This document shows positions 16,902-24,154 of a DNA stretch of 24,154 nt, in pieces. The stretch is from Myxococcota bacterium (GTDB lineage Bacteria; Myxococcota; SpSt-1050): NCBI GenBank assembly GCA_049969675.1, contig JBMFOP010000050.1:1-24154 (forward strand). Reading direction: 5' to 3'. The notes beneath the pieces are model-generated. The model was not told the origin of the DNA. It saw nothing but the letters and a program-made list of their open reading frames with translations, and did no database searches. A program made the translations under genes and the position numbers. Numbering within the stretch: the first letter of the stretch is position 1; each line of letters opens with the position of its first letter.

Positions 16902-17654
16902 ATGAAAAAGGTCCTTTTTATTTTAGTGATTCAATTTGCACTTGCTACAACTCTCTATGCCCAGTCAGAGCTGAGTGGCAGATATGGTATAGGGTTGGGG
17001 TGGAGTTACTTAAACATTTCGGGGATTATGCTGCTAAAGCTTGCAGATGATGATATTGTAATGGAGAATGGCTCTATTATTGACATCCCCAAGATTATCG
17101 TAAACAAATTCGGGATTACAGAGAGGCTTGCAATTGAACCAACCATCGCAATCATATATTATCACGATAAGATAACAGGGACGGATAGAAATAATGACTC
17201 AGTTGTAAACTCAGAGGATGAAAGGAACAGAAATGTTGTATTGACATCTCTCACACCAATAATCTCATATGCATTATTGCAAAAGGAGAAGGTGAATTTT
17301 TATTTAAAAGGTGGAATATCTCTTACATACTTAGATTTAGGGCTCACATACTATAAGAAAGGGATTAAAGAACCAGAAGAGGAAGAACATTCAGATGGTA
17401 TAGCATTCTCTATACCGCTCGGGATTGGAATTGAATGGTGGGTTCTGGATGAACTCTCATTTGATATAACTACCTCAATGAATCTATTCGGGTTATATTC
17501 AAAAAAATATAAAAATGATTATACAACCATGATATATGACCCAAAGACAGGGGATACGACTAAAGTCAGAAAGACTGAGAGGAAAGATGATAGCGGAATC
17601 TTTGCAACATTTGGAAATTACTCTGCATCTTTTAATCTCGTCTTCTGGTATTAG
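16902..17654 (+). CDS. Outer-membrane beta-barrel protein with long loops
   Basis: Signal peptide (LYA-Q), amphipathic strands NFYLKGGISL and PLGIGIEWW, aromatic C-terminus FNLVFWY. Confidence 0.78.
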   Translation: MKKVLFILVIQFALATTLYAQSELSGRYGIGLGWSYLNISGIMLLKLADDDIVMENGSIIDIPKIIVNKFGITERLAIEPTIAIIYYHDKITGTDRNNDSVVNSEDERNRNVVLTSLTPIISYALLQKEKVNFYLKGGISLTYLDLGLTYYKKGIKEPEEEEHSDGIAFSIPLGIGIEWWVLDELSFDITTSMNLFGLYSKKYKNDYTTMIYDPKTGDTTKVRKTERKDDSGIFATFGNYSASFNLVFWY

Positions 17655-17734
17655 ATTCTTTAGTCGCAACTTCTACATAAAATGCAGAGAAGATTTTTCA
17701 ATGATTTTGGTTTCAGTTATGCCAAATTAGGTGC

Positions 17735-18955
17735 TTAAAAGGATAGATAAGACCTGAGATAATATATCCCTTTTAAGATCTCAATTGAGAGTTCTCTGCC
17801 AGCCGACATAGATATCTCATATTTGTAGAGCTCCTTCTCTCTAAATTCTTCGGGAGAGAGGATATAACCGAGCTCGTCATTACAGAGTGAAAGGATAAAT
17901 ACATCCCTGATATCTGAAAATCTTCCCCTTATCTTAAATCCCATTGAAGGCAGGAGTTCTCCTGGCACACCATATAATACCACATCGCCTATTCTTATAA
18001 GATTGATCTCTGTCTGAATGCTATTATCAATAATATCCCTCTTGAAAATCCCAAGCTTTTTCAATAATAAAAATTTTGGATTATCAATCTTTATCCTGAA
18101 TCTGTGTGTAATATGATTTACAAGTATAGATTCTACCTTCCTCAGACTACATTTCTCATTCAATATCAAATCCCCCAGCCTCTCTCCCATAAGGACAGTA
18201 TATTTCAGGCGGTCTGCGAATATGGCATCCTCCTCAATATTTGGAGTGACCATTCCACCGAGTGCACCGGAGAAGAATATACCATCTCCTCCGCCCCTAT
18301 CACTAATATATTTAAGCATTATCCCCGGATAATCTGAACTTATCAAGGTATTCTGAGCCCATAGACCTTCTGGATGGCAGCCGAAATTTATAAGATATCC
18401 TTTTGTGGTCCCATCTCTCTTCTGAAATTTCAAAAATCCAATTCTATCGTCCTTATACCCATATTTTCTAATATTCTCCGTTAGATATGAGGGGGCATAG
18501 GTGTAACCGGCATATATCTCCACATCCTCAGCAGAGCTCCTCGCATTTATTGCCGCTCTCTTAATATGTTCACGGAGCAGACCGAGATACTCTGTATCAA
18601 TACCACTTATTACAGGTATATTAAATAATGCCCTCCCCCAATATCCCATTGTATCCGGTCCCTGATGATTGTGTGTAGAACATATCACAATATGATTGGA
18701 TTCCCCAAACTCAGACCTGAGCTCCTCCTTCGTCCTGCTTACAAACTCATTGAAGAGACCTATTACATCACAGGCGAGAAGAAATACTTCATTTGTGCCA
18801 TCGCTGATATAAATTGCTCGGGCATAGATAGAGTGCAATACCCCAGTAGATTTGCGATTGAAATCAAATCCCCCCATAAAGATGCTCTTCCCATAAGGAG
18901 TTATGTCAACCTTTGATATCCCTACCTTAAAATATCTTACTCCTCCTCCATCCAT
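17735..18955 (-). CDS. Neutral/alkaline ceramidase-superfamily hydrolase
   Basis: VGISKVDITP, IYARAI, STHNHQGPDT (cf. THTHSGP), NFGCHPE, ISSDYPG, PGELLP and NDELGYI. No signal peptide. Confidence 0.82.
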   Translation of the reverse strand: MDGGGVRYFKVGISKVDITPYGKSIFMGGFDFNRKSTGVLHSIYARAIYISDGTNEVFLLACDVIGLFNEFVSRTKEELRSEFGESNHIVICSTHNHQGPDTMGYWGRALFNIPVISGIDTEYLGLLREHIKRAAINARSSAEDVEIYAGYTYAPSYLTENIRKYGYKDDRIGFLKFQKRDGTTKGYLINFGCHPEGLWAQNTLISSDYPGIMLKYISDRGGGDGIFFSGALGGMVTPNIEEDAIFADRLKYTVLMGERLGDLILNEKCSLRKVESILVNHITHRFRIKIDNPKFLLLKKLGIFKRDIIDNSIQTEINLIRIGDVVLYGVPGELLPSMGFKIRGRFSDIRDVFILSLCNDELGYILSPEEFREKELYKYEISMSAGRELSIEILKGIYYLRSYLSF

Positions 18956-19887
18956 GTCCTATCCTTCTCCTCTTTCTCATAGACAAAAGATGCCTCAAGT
19001 GCAATCAGGTAATCCTTATAGAGTTCAAGCAGAATCTTATCAGGGACATTCTTTAGTTTAAATATCTCATACTTTCCGCGCTTCCCCTGTCCTGAAAATG
19101 GTGAGAGGTACTTTCCAACATTTCCAGCCTGTGAGATATCTGATGGGAGCATCTTGATTATCTTACCGGATGGGTCAAATGAGATGCCTATCTGAATATT
19201 ACCGAGTGATTTTACATTAAAGAAGACCAGATATCCGAGTTTGAGAGGCTTTTTTAAGACATCCATCTTATTCGGGTCCTGCGGGATATACTCTGCCCCT
19301 CCTATATGGGGCTTATCTGCCCTGAACACTGTATAGACAGTAACTGTCTCCTCCTCCTCAGAGATCTTCTCCTTTATCACCTTCTCAATTCGTTCCTTCC
19401 CGAGACTGGCAATCCTGTAATCTTTGGCAATATAATAGGCGGCGTTGGGGAAGAAGTTGTCAATCTTTATATGAAGAGACCTGAGGTAGGCTACCACATC
19501 CCATATATCCAGATCACTATATCCGTTTCCAAATGCGGGCATAAACGACTCCCTGCCGAGCACCTTCTTTCCTCCGTTCTTTATGATATTAAAGATCTGG
19601 CTATTCTCCCTCATATTCATTACCTTGGGGTCTCTAAAATTGATTGGTGGTGGACTGAGTGTAGAGGCGGCAAAGCCATCCCCTGTCCCACTTATTCCAT
19701 GACAGGAGAAACAGTCCAGTCTGAATCTCTTCTCACCAGCCATAATATCTCCATAAGAGGCGGATGCAGGGGTTGAGGGAGTTACAACCTCTCTCCTCTC
19801 CTCCTTTGGCTTCTTTGCCTTCTCCTTTGCCAGGGTAACAGAAATACAGAGTAAGAAAATTATTAAAAATGAAAGAAACTTCCTCAT
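18937..19887 (-). CDS. Exported monoheme c-type cytochrome with uncharacterised C-terminal domain
   Basis: ATG 19887 lies 6 nt after GAGGAGG. Signal peptide, CFSCHG (19699-19713), G.GDG..A..L.PPP.NF, MPAF axial Met and WDVVAYLRSL. Confidence 0.9.
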   Translation of the reverse strand: MRKFLSFLIIFLLCISVTLAKEKAKKPKEERREVVTPSTPASASYGDIMAGEKRFRLDCFSCHGISGTGDGFAASTLSPPPINFRDPKVMNMRENSQIFNIIKNGGKKVLGRESFMPAFGNGYSDLDIWDVVAYLRSLHIKIDNFFPNAAYYIAKDYRIASLGKERIEKVIKEKISEEEETVTVYTVFRADKPHIGGAEYIPQDPNKMDVLKKPLKLGYLVFFNVKSLGNIQIGISFDPSGKIIKMLPSDISQAGNVGKYLSPFSGQGKRGKYEIFKLKNVPDKILLELYKDYLIALEASFVYEKEEKDRTWMEEE

Positions 19888-19901
19888 ATCATACCTCCTC
19901 A

Positions 19902-20846
19902 TCACTTAGATTTATATTTATCTGAATCTGCATTTTTGAATCTATATTTGAGGTGCCCCCTCATAATAACATTGTAATTGACCTTCTTGATCGCCTCTAC
20001 AACAGCCTTCTCATCCTTTGAATCAGCCGCAGATGCAATCGCCTCAAAACCCACTATCAGGTCTATAATATACTGTGAAAATTCACTATCCTTATCCTTT
20101 GTTATTGTCCCCTGCTCCTTCTTCAGATATTCTGCTATTCTCCTTGATTCACGGGCAATCCCGTTTGTATCCAACTTCTTATTTGGGACAAATATATCCT
20201 TTACTATATACTGCCAGGTCCTTCCGAGCTCTCTCATCACCCTCTTTATATCAGACTCAGACTCTTTTACGCTCTCTGTTGCATTGGCTCCACCAGGGCC
20301 CACAGGGCCAACAGACTTCTTCATTATCGGCTTCCCGTTTTCATCTTTTGGTATCTGGTCAATCTCCTCACCCTGAGGCAGTGGCCATACACCTACATAT
20401 ACACCGAATGTCGCTGTAACTATATCCTGTTCAGGTGACATAATGTCAAGTTTTACCATATATCTGCCTACCTGCTGCGGAAAGAAGTGAAAGCCAAATG
20501 AACCCGCATCAGAGAGCGGTTGAACAATATATTTATAAGTTGCCTCTGGAAGCTTCTCGTAATAGACATTTGCAGAGAGTTTCACATCCATAACCGGAGA
20601 TAAGTTTCCATAGACAGGGTCTGCCACCTTCATCTCTTTATAAATTTCAAATGACAGCTCCACCACCTCCTGCGGTTCAGGTATACCCGGAGATATCTTC
20701 ATAAGTATCAGATAGTCAGACGCCCTTGCAAAGAGCATCCTCTTATCTGGCTTTTTTGGTATGTTGCTCTGTTGTATCTTCTCCTCAGAAAATCCGCTAA
20801 ATGAAAATAACAGAATAGTTACCAATACAATCAATTTTCTTATCAC
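19902..20846 (-). CDS. Exported protein: Ig-like (YtkA/FixH-like) N-domain plus cytochrome c'-like helical C-domain lacking CxxCH cysteines
   Basis: Signal peptide, beta-rich N-domain (GSFGFHFFPQQVGRYMV) and Pro/Gly linker. Helical C-domain starts VMRELG and ends VIMRGHLKYR. Confidence 0.6.
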   Translation of the reverse strand: MIRKLIVLVTILLFSFSGFSEEKIQQSNIPKKPDKRMLFARASDYLILMKISPGIPEPQEVVELSFEIYKEMKVADPVYGNLSPVMDVKLSANVYYEKLPEATYKYIVQPLSDAGSFGFHFFPQQVGRYMVKLDIMSPEQDIVTATFGVYVGVWPLPQGEEIDQIPKDENGKPIMKKSVGPVGPGGANATESVKESESDIKRVMRELGRTWQYIVKDIFVPNKKLDTNGIARESRRIAEYLKKEQGTITKDKDSEFSQYIIDLIVGFEAIASAADSKDEKAVVEAIKKVNYNVIMRGHLKYRFKNADSDKYKSK

Positions 20847-20967
20847 CTTATAAACCTCCTGTAAGATGGCTTGAAAAAATATATCAATAAACCGATACCA
20901 AATTCAATAAAAAAATCAGTAAAATTTTTCACTATCTCAACCGATGGTAAAGAGGTTGATTTTTTGT

Positions 20968-20996
20968 TTGTCTTAATATCCTTTTAAATGTATATA
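20968..20996 (+). promoter_or_regulatory. Candidate promoter for hsp20-lon
   Basis: TTGTCT (20968-20973), 17-nt spacer, TATATA (20991-20996). Confidence 0.35.
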
Positions 20997-21008
20997 AGGT
21001 AGAACAAT

Positions 21009-21040
21009 GAGGGTGCAGTACCCTCCACTATTCGGAGGTA
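21009..21040 (+). promoter_or_regulatory. Structured 5'UTR with alternative hairpins, one occluding the SD
   Basis: GAGGGT/ACCCTC hairpin (21009-21025) overlaps TAC(C)CTCC-ACTATTC-GGAGGTA (21019-21040), which pairs the GGAGG SD. Confidence 0.5.
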
Positions 21041-21043
21041 TAT

Positions 21044-21496
21044 ATGGGCTCAATATCCCGAGAATCTTACGAGAGGATACTTCTTATTAAGAGGGAGCTT
21101 AAGAGATTGATAGATGAAGTTTCTGGGCTTGATTCAGACCTCTTAAATGAAGTTAGCAGCGTCTCCATCCCTGTGGATATATTTGAGGTAAAAAACGAGG
21201 TCTTTATTCAGGCAGAGCTGCCGGGACTAAAAAAGGGCGATTTGAAGGTATTTGTAAGCAGAAATAAGCTCTTAATAGAGGGTGTAAAACCAGATAACAC
21301 CAGGGCTGAGAAGGTTAATTATATATGGATGGAGAGGCCTTATGGGAATCTCAATAGGATAATAGAGCTCCCTCAGGCCTGTGATACGAGAACAATCTCT
21401 GCCGAATATAAGGGCGGTATTCTCACAATAAGACTCAAGAGGATTGAGGAGAGAAGAGGCGAGAAGAGAGAGATAGAGATCAACTTTGAGGAATAG
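21044..21496 (+). CDS. Hsp20/alpha-crystallin family small heat-shock protein
   Basis: PVDIFE, AELPGL, ERPYGNLNRIIELP, AEYKGGILTI and a C-terminal IEI motif. Confidence 0.95.
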   Translation: MGSISRESYERILLIKRELKRLIDEVSGLDSDLLNEVSSVSIPVDIFEVKNEVFIQAELPGLKKGDLKVFVSRNKLLIEGVKPDNTRAEKVNYIWMERPYGNLNRIIELPQACDTRTISAEYKGGILTIRLKRIEERRGEKREIEINFEE

Positions 21497-21499
21497 ATT

Positions 21500-23848
21500 A
21501 TGGATGAGAGATTTGAAGACACCTTTAGTATTCCCGAGGAGATTGTAGCACTCCCTGTAAAAGATATTGTAATCTTTCCATATATGCTGGTTCCACTTGT
21601 AGCCTCAAGGGCGGTCTCTTCAAGGGCAATAGATGAGGCACTATTAAAAGGGAGGATGATTCTCTGCCTCACTCAGAAGGATAGCAATGTTGAGGAGCCA
21701 TCATCTCAGGACATCTATCGTGTAGGGACTGTATGTATTATTCAAAGAATGAGAAAGCTTCAGGATGGGAGGACAAGGATAATCTTACAGGGGATTGCAA
21801 AGGCGAGGGTGGTGGAGTTTCTATCTGAAAATCCTATCTTTAAGGTAAAAATAAGTATTATTAGAGAGCTTCCGGTTGCAGATTTCTCAGTTGAGACAGA
21901 GGCACTCGTCAGAACCATAAGAGACAACCTGAAACAGATGGAGTCAATGGGGAGGCAGTTCTCACAGGAGTTTATGTCGCTTGTTCAGACCATAAATGAC
22001 CCGGGCAGACTCGCTGATATCATAATCCCAAATCTCACTGTAAAGATTGAGGATGCACAGCTCATCCTTGAGGAGCCAGACCCGATAAAGAGACTTAAAA
22101 AGGTAAACGAGTTTATTCTGCGAGAGAATGAGGTATATCAGGTTCAGCAGAAGATTCAGGATAGGGTCAAGGAGGAGATGGATAAATCCCAGAGACAGTA
22201 TCTGCTTATGGAACAACTCAGGGCGATTCAGAAGGAGCTGGGCATAGGTGGAGAGATAAGCGATATTCAGGAGCTCAGAGATAAGATAATGCAGATGAAT
22301 TTGCCCGATGAGGTGAGAAAGGAACTTGAAAAGCAGATCAACAGACTTGAGACCATGCACTCCGATTCAGCAGAGGCAAGCGTAATTAGAAATTATGTGG
22401 ATTGGGTCATCTCACTCCCATGGAATATCTACACAGATGACAATATAGTACTCAAGGATGCAAAGAGGATACTTGATGAAGACCACTACGACCTTGAAAG
22501 GATAAAGGAGAGGATATTAGAATTTTTGAGTATCAGGATGGTCAAGAAAGACCACAAAGGTCCTATCCTCTGCCTTGTCGGGCCTCCGGGTGTAGGCAAG
22601 ACCTCCCTCGGGAGGTCAATTGCGCGTGCAATGGGTCGTAAATTTGTAAGAATTTCACTCGGTGGAATCAGAGATGAGGCAGAGATTCGTGGACATAGAA
22701 GGACATATGTAGGGGCACTACCCGGTAAGATAATTCAGGGATTAAAGTCCGCTGGTTCTGCCAATCCGGTATTTATGCTGGATGAGGTAGATAAGATAGG
22801 TCTGGATTATAGGGGGGATCCATCCTCCGCACTCCTTGAGGTGCTTGACCCTGAACAGAACTACTCATTTGTGGACCACTTCATAGGTCTGCCGTTTGAC
22901 CTCTCAAGGGTACTCTTTATTACCACCGCAAATCACCCCGATACAATCCCCGAGCCACTCAAAGATAGAATGGAGATGGTCTTTCTCTCCGGATATACCG
23001 AGGAGGATAAGATAGAGATAGCTAAAAGACATATTATCCCCAAACAGATTTTAGAAAATGGCGCCCTGAACCTGAACCTCAAAATTACAAAATCCGCAAT
23101 AATTGAGATTATACGATACTACACAAGAGAGGCTGGGGTCAGAAATCTGGAGAGAGAGATAGCCTCAGTAATAAGGAAGGTTGTAAGAGAGAAGATTGAG
23201 AAGGAGAGATACCCAATCTCCATCAATGCAAAGGTTGTAAATAAATTGATGGGGGTTAGAAAGTTCAATTTTGACCTCAAAGGAGAATTCAGTGAGGCTG
23301 GAATTATCCACGGGCTTGCCTGGACACCTTTTGGTGGGGAGATTCTAACTATTGAGGCAGCGATTATGAACGGGAAGCCCGGACTCACTTTGACCGGACA
23401 CTTAGGCGATGTGATGAAGGAATCAGCACACACCGCCCTTACCTTCTTAAGGTCCAACTCTGAAAGTCTCGGATTAAGTCCAGATATCTTTTCCTCAAGA
23501 GAGATTCATGTCCATGTCCCGGCCGGTGCAGTTCCAAAGGACGGGCCATCTGCTGGGCTTGCAATAGCGGTATCTATCTATTCACTCTTAAAAAATAGGC
23601 CGGTATCTACTGATGTGGCACTAACAGGTGAGATTACAATTAAAGGTAGAGTACTACCCGTGGGTGGTATCAAGGAGAAACTCCTCGCAGCCACAAGGTC
23701 CGGGATAAAGACTGTAATTATTCCGGAAGAGAATCAGAAAGACCTCATAGAGATCCCACCAGTCATCTTAAAGAGGCTCAAAGTAAAACCGGTAAAATCT
23801 GCCACAGAGGTAATAGGTTATCTATTTCAAGAGGTCGTGAATTTATAA
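21500..23848 (+). CDS. lon: ATP-dependent protease La (Lon)
   Basis: LON N-domain, Walker A GPPGVGKTS, IRGHRRTYVGA, LDEVDK, PKDGPSAG (catalytic Ser) and GGIKEK. Confidence 0.97.
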   Translation: MDERFEDTFSIPEEIVALPVKDIVIFPYMLVPLVASRAVSSRAIDEALLKGRMILCLTQKDSNVEEPSSQDIYRVGTVCIIQRMRKLQDGRTRIILQGIAKARVVEFLSENPIFKVKISIIRELPVADFSVETEALVRTIRDNLKQMESMGRQFSQEFMSLVQTINDPGRLADIIIPNLTVKIEDAQLILEEPDPIKRLKKVNEFILRENEVYQVQQKIQDRVKEEMDKSQRQYLLMEQLRAIQKELGIGGEISDIQELRDKIMQMNLPDEVRKELEKQINRLETMHSDSAEASVIRNYVDWVISLPWNIYTDDNIVLKDAKRILDEDHYDLERIKERILEFLSIRMVKKDHKGPILCLVGPPGVGKTSLGRSIARAMGRKFVRISLGGIRDEAEIRGHRRTYVGALPGKIIQGLKSAGSANPVFMLDEVDKIGLDYRGDPSSALLEVLDPEQNYSFVDHFIGLPFDLSRVLFITTANHPDTIPEPLKDRMEMVFLSGYTEEDKIEIAKRHIIPKQILENGALNLNLKITKSAIIEIIRYYTREAGVRNLEREIASVIRKVVREKIEKERYPISINAKVVNKLMGVRKFNFDLKGEFSEAGIIHGLAWTPFGGEILTIEAAIMNGKPGLTLTGHLGDVMKESAHTALTFLRSNSESLGLSPDIFSSREIHVHVPAGAVPKDGPSAGLAIAVSIYSLLKNRPVSTDVALTGEITIKGRVLPVGGIKEKLLAATRSGIKTVIIPEENQKDLIEIPPVILKRLKVKPVKSATEVIGYLFQEVVNL

Positions 23849-24007
23849 GCAACTGCCATTAGTTTACAACTTAGACCTAATCCGGCATAGCCGAGACCAA
23901 AATCCATAAAAATTAAGTATCGTCTCCCCTTTGACCCAAAAGATGAAATCTGGTTTGAAATATTCTTATGAATTTTCCCTAAATAATTATTCTACCAGGC
24001 TAAAAAC

Positions 24008-24154
24008 TTAATGAATAACAGATTCTAAACTATGTAGAACAACTTCAAAGTCATCTGGGAATAGATTTTTTAAATCTTCTTTTCTACCAATTATTTGTTC
24101 ATATACAGGAGACGAAAAAATATCATCTGGATTTAATCTTTTGTTTTTAACATA
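24008..24154 (-). CDS. 3' end of a gene entering from the right edge (partial), unknown; weak resemblance to type I restriction R-subunit C-termini
   Basis: Open frame from the edge: YVKNKRLNPDDIFSSPVYEQIIGRKEDLKNLFPDDFEVVLHSLESVIH*, stop at 24008-24010. Confidence 0.5.
   Translation of the reverse strand, partial: YVKNKRLNPDDIFSSPVYEQIIGRKEDLKNLFPDDFEVVLHSLESVIH

Noticed and set aside
3735..23457. Remaining short antisense or alternate-frame ORFs in the track (e.g. 3735-4094, 5482-5958, 6598-7035, 19306-19776, 21962-22360, 23119-23457)
   Set aside because: All lie within well-supported genes on the opposite strand or in another frame and lack independent motifs.

Overview
AT-rich bacterial DNA (roughly 35-40% GC by eye, rich in AGA/AGG/ATA codons). 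The gene content looks Myxococcota/deltaproteobacterial: a PilZ-Hsp70 fusion, a GCSCS C-terminal tail and MepA-LysM. The lineage is an inference. The left end (about 140-2280) is a decayed integron-like locus. It has a pseudogenised tyrosine recombinase lacking the IntI-specific insertion, followed co-directionally by an attI-like site, cassette and attC-like remnants and a second inverted attI-like motif. Several small palindromic elements are inserted in frame in the recombinase. The rest of the window contains, in order: a DedA/YqaA protein; a ychF-rph-PilZ/Hsp70 operon; a GH-A-like lipoprotein; a secreted papain-family protease; an operon of HEAT-repeat protein, degenerate GT2, Cys-rich Sel1-like protein and MepA-LysM; a lipoprotein; two divergent small OM beta-barrels; an operon of a Cys-less cytochrome c'-like protein, cytochrome c and a ceramidase-like hydrolase; hsp20-lon with a candidate SD-occluding 5'UTR hairpin; and the 3' end of an incoming minus-strand gene. 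No rRNA, tRNA or CRISPR array was seen. All family assignments come from motif reading, not from database searches.
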